The position numbers and the translations under genes are program-made. DNA of 58,530 nucleotides from positions 1 through 58,530 of the forward strand of contig CAZYNY010000003.1 in NCBI GenBank assembly GCA_964648095.1, given 5' to 3'. This DNA is from an uncultured Nitrospirota bacterium (GTDB taxonomy: Bacteria > Nitrospirota > Nitrospiria > JACRHA01). The notes beneath the pieces were generated by a model, which was given only the letters and a program-made list of their open reading frames with translations, did not search any database and was not told the origin of the DNA. The stretch's first letter is position 1. Each line of letters begins with the position of its first letter. Shown here one piece after another: positions 1-7,741 of the stretch.

Positions 1-304
1 GCGGTGATAGATTTGTCGGGTTTGAGGTAGCTATTACTACATATCCGTTTTCCTTCTTGATGGGAAGGAGTAGAAACTTTTTCGCAAAGGCAATAGGGAT
101 GCTCGCTAGCAGTCCCTTGTCTATCCCATCAATATCTATATGGGCAATAAAGGGGATATCCAACTGAGTACACAGTGCACCGAGGAGATCGTCTTCTTTG
201 ATATATTTGAAACTGACCAGGAGGTCTCCGATCTTTCCACCCCTCTCCTTCTGTAACTTAAGTGCCTCCTCCCACATCTCCTCATTGAGATTATATTGTT
301 CCAT
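1..304 (-). CDS. gspE: Type II secretion ATPase GspE, N-terminal part (continues beyond window start)
   Basis: This ORF is not in the ORF track because it is open to the window edge. Hand translation of the minus strand from ATG 304 gives MEQYNLNEEMWEEALKLQKERGGKIGDLLVSFKYIKEDDLLGALCTQLDIPFIAHIDIDGIDKGLLASIPIAFAKKFLLLPIKKENGYVVIATSNPTNLSP. That matches the GspE/PilB N-terminal (T2SSE_N) pattern. It starts 23 nt after the gspD stop. Confidence 0.7.
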   Translation of the reverse strand, partial: MEQYNLNEEMWEEALKLQKERGGKIGDLLVSFKYIKEDDLLGALCTQLDIPFIAHIDIDGIDKGLLASIPIAFAKKFLLLPIKKENGYVVIATSNPTNLSP

Positions 305-327
305 TAGTATCTGGCCAAGCGGTCTTA

Positions 328-1908
328 TCATCTGGACTCACTTCCAGGTATATTTATCATCCCTTCGATTAACTTCTGTCGCCTTGCGCGGTCCTCAATC
401 TTGTTCTCATCCATAAATTCCTTCATTTCCATGCCTTTTCTTTCTTTGAGTACTTTCAGATCCTCTGGTTCCTTAACAATATAGGGTGTCAGAAAGATGA
501 GGAGATTGGTCTTCTCATTTCTTTTAGACTGAAACTTAAAGAGCCAACCAAGGAGCGGGATGTCTCCCAGTAGTGGTATCTTGCTTTCTGTCTTTTTGAT
601 ATCATCCTTGATCAGGCCTCCAATAACCACCGGTTGTTGGTTGTCTACTATCACGGATGTGGAGGCCTCCCTCTTGTTTGTGCTTGGACCAAGATCGACA
701 AGTACGGTCTCTGTTGTGTCTACTACCGATGATATCTCCTGTCTTATGTCGAGCCTTACCCTGTCCCCTTCCAAGATCTGGGGTGTGATCTCAAGTGTAA
801 TGCCTACATCCTTTCGTTCTATTGTCCTCACTGTCTGGGCGCCAGTTGCTACCGTGCTTCCTGTAGGGAAGGGAACATTCTGGCCTACTACAATCTTTGC
901 CTTCTGGTTATCGGTTGTTAGGATCTGCGGTGTCGATAGGACATTTGCATCAGAGCTAGATCTGAGCGCCTTTATAAATGCCCTAATATTGGCTGTGCTT
1001 ATGGGAAGGCCCGCACCTGTTAGGTCTGATGCCAGGGTCGTAAAGTCCTCAGGCGACCTATTGAAACCTCCAAGAACGCCAATGTCTGCATTTGCGCTAC
1101 CTAGCAGGGCATTAAAATCGGTCCCTATCTCCCTTAATTTATCTACAGTGATCTCCATTATTACTGCCTCCACATATACCTGCCGCCTCTTCCTGTCGAG
1201 TTTCTTTATGACCTCCTTGAGCATCTCATAATCCTTGGGGGTTGCTGTTATCACAAGGGAGTTGGTGGGCTTGTCAGATATGATCTGGATGCTGGCTTCG
1301 AATTCGGCCTTTAGTGGAGGTCTGCCTGGCGCAGTGGGAGGTTTCTGAGCCAGGACCGTTAAGATCTTTGATATCTCATCTGCATTGGCATTCTCAAGAT
1401 AGTAGATGTTTATACTCCTTTCCGGTGGTACATCAGCAGCAGGGAGTATCTGTATTATATCGCCTGAGGGGACAGCTGAGAATCCTTTGAGTTCAAGTAC
1501 AGAGAGAAACAGGGTGTATGCCGCATCAATCGATATCCTTGTGGGGGAGTAGATAGTTATCTTCCCCTTTACCCTTTCATCTATAACAAAATTCTTTCCT
1601 GTCAGTTCACTTATAAATTTTACAAAGACCGGCAGATCTACGGCGTTAAAGTCGAGCGCTATCATCCTTTCCGCCTTTTTCTGCAAGGGGGGCTCAGACT
1701 TTAAGACCTCAGCGCCAGGACTGGAAAGAGGGATGAGCAGAATACAGAAGAGAGAAGTCAGAATACAGTAGCCAGTAGCCAGTAGCCAGTAGCCAGAATG
1801 AAGAGAATTTATTCTGGATTCTATATTCTGACTCCTGACTCCTGTATTCTGTATTCTGTATTCTGTATTCTGACTCCTGAAGACAAGAGGAGACCTATTG
1901 GATCTCAT
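328..1908 (-). CDS. gspD: Type II secretion system secretin GspD
   Basis: Secretin C-terminal signature IPLLGDIPLLGWLFKFQSKRNEKTNLLIFLTPYIV. N0-like segment MIALDFNAVDLPVFVKFISELTGKNFVIDERV. Start set at ATG 1908, behind AAGAAGGAGA; the ORF-track start at 1914 is TTG. The first ~70 codons overlap a palindromic repeat, so the start is uncertain. Confidence 0.9.
   Translation of the reverse strand: MRSNRSPLVFRSQNTEYRIQNTGVRSQNIESRINSLHSGYWLLATGYCILTSLFCILLIPLSSPGAEVLKSEPPLQKKAERMIALDFNAVDLPVFVKFISELTGKNFVIDERVKGKITIYSPTRISIDAAYTLFLSVLELKGFSAVPSGDIIQILPAADVPPERSINIYYLENANADEISKILTVLAQKPPTAPGRPPLKAEFEASIQIISDKPTNSLVITATPKDYEMLKEVIKKLDRKRRQVYVEAVIMEITVDKLREIGTDFNALLGSANADIGVLGGFNRSPEDFTTLASDLTGAGLPISTANIRAFIKALRSSSDANVLSTPQILTTDNQKAKIVVGQNVPFPTGSTVATGAQTVRTIERKDVGITLEITPQILEGDRVRLDIRQEISSVVDTTETVLVDLGPSTNKREASTSVIVDNQQPVVIGGLIKDDIKKTESKIPLLGDIPLLGWLFKFQSKRNEKTNLLIFLTPYIVKEPEDLKVLKERKGMEMKEFMDENKIEDRARRQKLIEGMINIPGSESR
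1738..1880. repeat. Heptamer-lattice imperfect palindrome (family A, copy 1)
   Basis: AGTAGCC x4 at 1767-1794. Centre AGAAT-TT-ATTCT at 1804-1815. Unbroken 7-nt lattice TGACTCC x2, TGTATTC x4, TGACTCC at 1829-1877. CAGAATACAG in the left arm is the reverse complement of CTGTATTCTG in the right arm. Confidence 0.85.
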
Positions 1909-2767
1909 AGTCAAATGTCTCCTTCTTATTGTTTCTGATCAGGTCAAGGGTAATGCTGCTTTCGTCCTTTAATTGCTGAAAGACCTTAAAGAAACTATCG
2001 GGTTCTTTTAGTTCCATCCCATTTATACGCTGCAATACATCCCCGTTTTTAATCCCTATCTTTGTATAAAAACTGTCCGGAGTAATAGAGACTACCCTGA
2101 AACCATCTGCCTTCCCCTGTGTAAAGTTTGGCACGAGCCTGGCCTGGGTAAGGAACTTGGGGATATTCTCAAGAACTCCGGTTATCTCTCTTTTATCAAG
2201 TATCATCTTTCCGGAATCGGCACTGCTTGTTGATCCCTTTCCTTCAGACCCCATTGCAGGTCTTTCATTCTCATTGATTGAAGCAGTAGAATCGTATATG
2301 TCCAGTCTTTTTTGTGCCGAATTATTCGCTACGACTATAAAATTCCTTTCTATCTTCACAACCCTCACATCTTTAACTACTGCATCGTTGAGCCTGAAGA
2401 GCTGCTGCTCCTTTTTTTCCTGCTCTTCTATAATTGCATAGGGCGTTATCCCATCACCAATTATCGTACCCTGGAGCCTTATCTTGAGATCGCCTATCTC
2501 CCTGGGGATGTTGTCAGTCTGCTTTATCCCTTCAGGATCCGGGCTTCCCTTTGCCCTGGAATTAAAGATATTCCTCTCAATTATAGTGGAGTAATAATTC
2601 TTTTCTAATGGTCTTATTTTGCCGGCATTCCGTTCCCGGTTATTTGTGATCTGATTATATGAAGGTTCCAGCCTGGCTCCAATAAAGGTATTTACCATAT
2701 CGGCAGCAAGATATGAGATTATTGCAATTACAACAAGGTTTATTAATAGGTGGTATCCCTTTGACAT
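1895..2767 (-). CDS. gspC: Type II secretion system protein GspC (TM anchor + PDZ)
   Basis: N-terminal TM LINLVVIAIISYLAADMVNTF. C-terminal PDZ-like GFRVVSITPDSFYTKIGIKNGDVLQRINGMELKEP. Lies immediately upstream of the secretin gene. Confidence 0.75.
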   Translation of the reverse strand: MSKGYHLLINLVVIAIISYLAADMVNTFIGARLEPSYNQITNNRERNAGKIRPLEKNYYSTIIERNIFNSRAKGSPDPEGIKQTDNIPREIGDLKIRLQGTIIGDGITPYAIIEEQEKKEQQLFRLNDAVVKDVRVVKIERNFIVVANNSAQKRLDIYDSTASINENERPAMGSEGKGSTSSADSGKMILDKREITGVLENIPKFLTQARLVPNFTQGKADGFRVVSITPDSFYTKIGIKNGDVLQRINGMELKEPDSFFKVFQQLKDESSITLDLIRNNKKETFDYEIQ

Positions 2768-2856
2768 ACTCGTTTTTTAAATCCTCCCTTCTTTTGACCC
2801 CCGCCGGAGTCGAAGTACTGAACCTTAACGAATATATTATAAACTGATCCGGTGTC

Positions 2857-4683
2857 TTATTCCACCGTCACGCTCTTTGCCAGGTTCCTCGGTTGATCAA
2901 CGTCCGTACCCCTTAAGACCGCTATATGATATGCAAGCATCTGTAAGGGTATGGTTTGGAGTATAGGTGTGAGGATCTGATCTGTTTTTGGTATAAAAAT
3001 CAGATCATCTGCCTTGGATGAGACCTCATGATCGCCATTATTTACAATGGCGATTATCATCCCTTCCCTTGCCTTTACCTCCATCACATTATTCATTACC
3101 TTTTCGTAAACCTTATCCATGGGGGCCAGAACCACAACAGGCATATTCTCATCAATCAGGGCTATGGGCCCATGCTTCATCTCCCCTGCCGGATAGCCCT
3201 CTGCATGGATATAAGAAATTTCTTTGAGTTTCAGCGCACCCTCAAGGGCCACAGGGTAGTTTATCCCCCTTCCAAGGTATATGAAATCCCTGTATCTGAA
3301 ATATTTCCTTGCCACCTTCAGTATTTCGCTGTCTGATCTTAATATTTCTTCTATGAGGGCCGGTATCCTGACGAAATCCGATACAAGCTCCATGCTCCTT
3401 GCCTCCGATAAAGTCCCCTTGGCCTGCCCGATATAGAGGGTGAGGAGGAAGAGGGCTGCCAATTGCGATGTAAATGCCTTTGTTGACGCTACCCCAATCT
3501 CAGGACCTGCATGTGTATACAGGATACCATCCGATTCCCTTGCGCTGCTGCTGCCTACTACATTGCAGATAGAGATGACCTTTGCGCCTCTTGACCTTGC
3601 CTCCCTGATGGCGGCTAGGGTGTCTGCCGTCTCGCCGGACTGAGATATGGCTATCAGGAGGTCATCTTTGCCTATAAGGGGATCCCTGTATCTGAATTCT
3701 GACCCAAGATCGACCTCCACCGGTATCCTGGCAATATCCTCAATCATATATTTGCCTATGAGGGCGGCATGCCATGATGTGCCGCAGGCAACGATATATA
3801 TCTTGTCCAGTCCTTTTATCCCGGAGTCTGACAGCTCTATATCGTCAAGGGATACCATACCAGAATCAAGGGAGATCCTCCCCATCATGGTATTCATTAT
3901 GGCCATAGGCTGTTCATGGATCTCCTTATGCATGAAATGCTTATAGCCGCCCTTCTCTGCCATCACAGGGTTCCAGGAAATATCAACGGGCTCCTTTTTC
4001 TTTGGGGTTCCTGTAAGGTCTTTTATCTCTATTCCCTGGTTGGTAATTATGGCCATCTCCATATCGTCCATAAAGATTACCTTCCTTGTATATTCCAGCA
4101 TGGCGGGGATATCAGAGGCAACAAATGACTCCCCATCCCCCAGACCAAGGGCAATGGGGCACCCATTTTTTGCGGCTATCAGCTTATCGGGTTCGTCCTC
4201 ATGCATAATGCATAGGGCATAAGCGCCCCTTACCTGCGATAGCGCCTTCTGTACGGCAGGCTCAAACCGATTACCCCCCCTTATACATTCTTCAATTAGA
4301 TGCGCTATGACCTCTGTATCGGTCTCAGATTTAAATTCATGCCCTTTGGCAATAAGTCTGTTCTTCAGATCAAGATAATTTTCTATGATTCCGTTATGTA
4401 CAAGGACGATCTTCCCTGCCCGGTGTGGATGGGCATTCTCTTCGGAAGGTTTTCCATGGGTGGCCCACCTTGTGTGACCGATGCCTATGTTCCCGCTGTC
4501 TTCATCAGACGCCGATGCCTCAAGGTTTATAAGCTTTCCTACAGACCTTTTTATCCTTAATGACCCGTCCCTTGTAAAGGCTACCCCGGCAGAGTCGTAT
4601 CCCCTGTATTCGAGCTTCTTAAGACCATTAATTAATACTGGAAGCGCCTTCCGCTTTCCGATATAACCTATTATTCCGCACAT
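2857..4683 (-). CDS. glmS: Glutamine--fructose-6-phosphate aminotransferase
   Basis: MCGIIGY N-terminal nucleophile Cys, two SIS domains, C-terminal PRNLAKSVTVE; 608 aa. Confidence 0.97.
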   Translation of the reverse strand: MCGIIGYIGKRKALPVLINGLKKLEYRGYDSAGVAFTRDGSLRIKRSVGKLINLEASASDEDSGNIGIGHTRWATHGKPSEENAHPHRAGKIVLVHNGIIENYLDLKNRLIAKGHEFKSETDTEVIAHLIEECIRGGNRFEPAVQKALSQVRGAYALCIMHEDEPDKLIAAKNGCPIALGLGDGESFVASDIPAMLEYTRKVIFMDDMEMAIITNQGIEIKDLTGTPKKKEPVDISWNPVMAEKGGYKHFMHKEIHEQPMAIMNTMMGRISLDSGMVSLDDIELSDSGIKGLDKIYIVACGTSWHAALIGKYMIEDIARIPVEVDLGSEFRYRDPLIGKDDLLIAISQSGETADTLAAIREARSRGAKVISICNVVGSSSARESDGILYTHAGPEIGVASTKAFTSQLAALFLLTLYIGQAKGTLSEARSMELVSDFVRIPALIEEILRSDSEILKVARKYFRYRDFIYLGRGINYPVALEGALKLKEISYIHAEGYPAGEMKHGPIALIDENMPVVVLAPMDKVYEKVMNNVMEVKAREGMIIAIVNNGDHEVSSKADDLIFIPKTDQILTPILQTIPLQMLAYHIAVLRGTDVDQPRNLAKSVTVE

Positions 4684-6050
4684 CTTTTTTTCTTAACCCA
4701 TCCTTTCTTATTTACCTGCCTTGCACGGCTTAATGCAAGAGAGCCTGGCGGGACATCCTCTGTTATAGTAGACCCTGCCCCTATAAATGACCCCTTCCCG
4801 ATCTTCACCGGGGCTATAAATTGGGTATCAGATCCGACAAAGACCCCGTCTCCAATGGTTGTCTCATACTTTTTTGTGCCGTCATAGTTGCACGTGATGG
4901 TCCCTGCCCCTATATTTACCTCATTGCCTATCTTCGCATCACCAAGATACGAGAGGTGGTTGGCCTTTGATCCGGTTCCAATCCTGCTATTCTTCACCTC
5001 GACAAAGTTTCCTATCTTGGCGCCCTTCTTAATTAATGAACCGGGCCTTATATGCGCGAATGGGCCGATGACAGCCCCTGATTCGATCCTTGAGCCTGTT
5101 ATAACGGATGCGTCCTTTATCTCGACACCATTAGCGATCACAGTATCCCTTATCCTGACATGAGGGCCTATAATGCAATCCTCACCGATCGAAGACCTCC
5201 CTTCAATTCGGGAGTAGGGATATATGATTGAGTCGATCCCGATCTTTACCTCATGGTCTATGCTTGTATTTGCCGGATCAATAAGCGTAACTCCATTTTG
5301 CATATGCAGATCTGCGATCCTCCTCCTCATGATCGACTCTGATCTTGCCAGATCAGCCCTCGTATTGATCCCTATCACCTCTTCAGGGTCAGAGACCGAC
5401 ACGGCATTGATCTCCTCCCCCTTTCTTGAGATCACGCCTATTACATCGGTCAGATAATACTCCCCCTGTCTGTTGTCTGAACCAATCCTGCCTAATGCCC
5501 AGAAGAGGATATCCTTCCTGAAGAGATAGATCCCTGCATTTATCTCCCTTATACCCTTTTCCTGATCTGACGCTTCTGTCTCCTCGATTATCTTGATGAG
5601 TCTATTGTTCTTGTCTCTTGATATCCTTCCGTATCCGGCCGGGTTTTCCATGATGGCCGTTACAAGGGTAACAGGAGAGCCCTTTTGTCTGTGAGCCCTT
5701 ATAACATCCCTGATAGTCATAACCCCTATAAGGGGAAGATCGCCATTTAAGATCAGTATGTCTCCGTCAAAGTCGGCCAGGGCATCCTTTGTCCTCTTAA
5801 CTGCATCTCCGGTCCCGAGGAGCTGATCCTGTAAGACTATCTTGATCTTAGACTTATCTTCAAGCGATCCCTTTACGCTGTCGGCCTGATGTCCAACTAC
5901 AACAACGATGGCCGCGGATAACCTCATCGCAACCTCAAGGGGATAGAATAGTATCGGCCTCCCTGCGATATGATGTAATACCTTGGCCTTTTTCGACCTC
6001 ATCCTCTTCCCTCTTCCCGCAGCGAGGATGACGGTAGCGATCCCCTTCAA
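4671..6050 (-). CDS. glmU: Bifunctional UDP-GlcNAc pyrophosphorylase / GlcN-1-P N-acetyltransferase
   Basis: ILAAGRGKRMRS nucleotidyltransferase motif. C-terminal left-handed beta-helix hexapeptide repeats. Overlaps the glmS start by 13 nt. Confidence 0.95.
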   Translation of the reverse strand: MKGIATVILAAGRGKRMRSKKAKVLHHIAGRPILFYPLEVAMRLSAAIVVVVGHQADSVKGSLEDKSKIKIVLQDQLLGTGDAVKRTKDALADFDGDILILNGDLPLIGVMTIRDVIRAHRQKGSPVTLVTAIMENPAGYGRISRDKNNRLIKIIEETEASDQEKGIREINAGIYLFRKDILFWALGRIGSDNRQGEYYLTDVIGVISRKGEEINAVSVSDPEEVIGINTRADLARSESIMRRRIADLHMQNGVTLIDPANTSIDHEVKIGIDSIIYPYSRIEGRSSIGEDCIIGPHVRIRDTVIANGVEIKDASVITGSRIESGAVIGPFAHIRPGSLIKKGAKIGNFVEVKNSRIGTGSKANHLSYLGDAKIGNEVNIGAGTITCNYDGTKKYETTIGDGVFVGSDTQFIAPVKIGKGSFIGAGSTITEDVPPGSLALSRARQVNKKGWVKKKRCAE

Positions 6051-6709
6051 CTCACCTTCTCCTTTATCTCTTTTATCTCTCCTGTCTCCGTTATATTATC
6101 AGTTTCATGTAAATTTGGTGTATAGAAACCCCCTGATATTATCATCTTCATCCCATCCTCTACAGACATGGTAAGTGGTATGATGTCGCTTTCAGGGACA
6201 AAGAGGAAATATCCTGAGGTTGGATTCGGTGTAGTAGGGACATAGACATTCATAACCCGTTCATTAGTAAGCCTCTGGACCTCACCCTTTGTTACGCCGG
6301 TAATGAATGCTATTGAATATTGTCCCTTTCTTGGAAATTCAATAAGCACCACCTTCTTAAAATCACCCTTGCTGTGCATAGAAAGCGCATCAACCATGGC
6401 CTTTATGGAGGTATATATACTGTTTACAACAGGAACCTTCCTTAGTAGATCTTCCCAGGTCTTGATCAGCTGCCTTCCTATCAGATTTGTAGCAAAGATA
6501 CCGGTAAGAAGGATAATGATAAAAAGTGAGATTATGCCGAGACCAGGGACATAATATAATTGAAAATACTTCTGGAGAAGATCACCGAGAAAACCCTCTA
6601 ATGTGCGAAAAAGGGTTGTTAATATTAGATATGTGGCCCATATAGGGGTAATAACAAGGAGTCCTGTTATGAACCACTTCTTAAGAAGATTCCTCACCTG
6701 TTTAGACAT
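6047..6709 (-). CDS. DUF502-family membrane protein
   Basis: KKWFITGLLVITPIWATYLIL followed by a second TM and a conserved soluble domain, as I recall for DUF502. 4-nt overlap with glmU. Confidence 0.7.
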   Translation of the reverse strand: MSKQVRNLLKKWFITGLLVITPIWATYLILTTLFRTLEGFLGDLLQKYFQLYYVPGLGIISLFIIILLTGIFATNLIGRQLIKTWEDLLRKVPVVNSIYTSIKAMVDALSMHSKGDFKKVVLIEFPRKGQYSIAFITGVTKGEVQRLTNERVMNVYVPTTPNPTSGYFLFVPESDIIPLTMSVEDGMKMIISGGFYTPNLHETDNITETGEIKEIKEKVS

Positions 6710-6743
6710 GCCGGCCGGACCTATATTCTCAATGGGTTATCTT

Positions 6744-6825
6744 TTTAAAGGGGCTTGCGTCGCCCCCTCCGATGGCGAAAGCCGCATCGGAGCCTCCCCC
6801 TCATGCTCGCCTTGCTCGCTTTTGG
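6744..6825. repeat. GC-rich structured repeat (family C, short copy)
   Basis: The 27-mer TTTAAAGGGGCTTGCGTCGCCCCCTCC (6744-6770) is identical to 45940-45966. The block GCCTCCCCCTCATGCTCGCCTTGCTCGCT (6792-6820) is about 85% identical to 46070-46099. GC content is far above the flanks. Confidence 0.85.
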
Positions 6826-6922
6826 TATGATACAAACTTTACTTAAGACATGCAAGCATTATCCCGTGAGCGGGCAGGAGATTCCTTTCCGATACCCCGC
6901 TTGTGGCTTTTAAATATGTTTG

Positions 6923-6931
6923 TGATATAAT
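6923..6931 (+). promoter_or_regulatory. Possible extended -10 element (TGATATAAT) for the che cluster
   Basis: TG-A-TATAAT at 6923-6931, 34 nt upstream of ATG 6965. The -35 region is poor (TTGTGG, 19-nt spacing). Confidence 0.3.
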
Positions 6932-6964
6932 AGCGAAAATTAAAGAATAATTAGGTTAAACAAG

Positions 6965-7702
6965 ATGGAAAAAAAGAAGAGTAAAGGATCAAGATCAACA
7001 AGCCCAAAAGGCAGGGAAAAAAGATCTCCCAAAAAGAAGAGAGAGGAAAAGGGTGTCGTTAAAGTTGAACCAGAAAAGCCAGATATTAAGGAAGAGATAA
7101 AGATTGAAAAAAATATTGGAGAATCAACAGAAAAAAGAGATCAAAGAGGGCCGGCTATTAACACAGATAATCTCAGCCCAGAGAAAAAAAAGGAAGAAGA
7201 CAGACATGTTGAGGTTGGTGGAGGAGATAGTATCAGGGTGGAGGAGGCCAGGCCTGAAGATAAACAGGAAGAGCTCCTCTCTTTTTTCCTTGGAGACGAA
7301 GAGTATGCTATCGATATAATTACCATAAAAGAGATAATCGGAATGATGGATATTACGTTTGTCCCACGGGCAGATGACTGTATCAGGGGGATAATATCCT
7401 TAAGGGGGGCCATCATTCCCATATTCGACATCAGAAATAGGCTTGGGCTAAGAGAGCCGGGGGATTCAAACAAGGGGAGGATAATTGTTATTTCGATTGA
7501 TCGTGAATTAATAGGAATTACTGTAAATGGTGTAGCTGAGGTGGTGAAGATAAGAGGGCTTGATATTGAACCTACCCCGTTTACAATAAGCGGGATTGAC
7601 GCAGAGTATATCAGGGGGATCGTAAGGTATAAGGGAAGGATAGTAATACTCCTGGATATTGTTAGGCTTCTTAAGTTGCAAGAGGGTAAAAACTTAAGAT
7701 AA
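6965..7702 (+). CDS. cheW: CheW-like coupling protein with Lys/Glu-rich N-terminal extension
   Basis: CheW domain from about aa 103 (LLSFFLGDEEYAIDIITIKEIIGMMDITFVP...IISLRGAIIPIFDIRNRLGL). The first ~100 aa are K/E/R-rich low complexity. An alternative GTG start at 7238 would give a normal-size CheW. Confidence 0.85.
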   Translation: MEKKKSKGSRSTSPKGREKRSPKKKREEKGVVKVEPEKPDIKEEIKIEKNIGESTEKRDQRGPAINTDNLSPEKKKEEDRHVEVGGGDSIRVEEARPEDKQEELLSFFLGDEEYAIDIITIKEIIGMMDITFVPRADDCIRGIISLRGAIIPIFDIRNRLGLREPGDSNKGRIIVISIDRELIGITVNGVAEVVKIRGLDIEPTPFTISGIDAEYIRGIVRYKGRIVILLDIVRLLKLQEGKNLR

Positions 7703-7741
7703 TATATCGCTTAGTTAAAAAGCTTGTTCAGAGGAGGAGAA

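Noticed and set aside
1738-1880. Whether the short tandem units here (and at 56175-56272, 10327-10396 and 17463-17540) could be a CRISPR array.
   Set aside because: The units are 6-7 nt with no spacers, the arrays are palindromic, and there are no cas genes. They are not CRISPR.
4671-4700. Possible glmS ribozyme or riboswitch upstream of glmS.
   Set aside because: glmU and glmS overlap by 13 nt, so there is no leader to hold a ribozyme.
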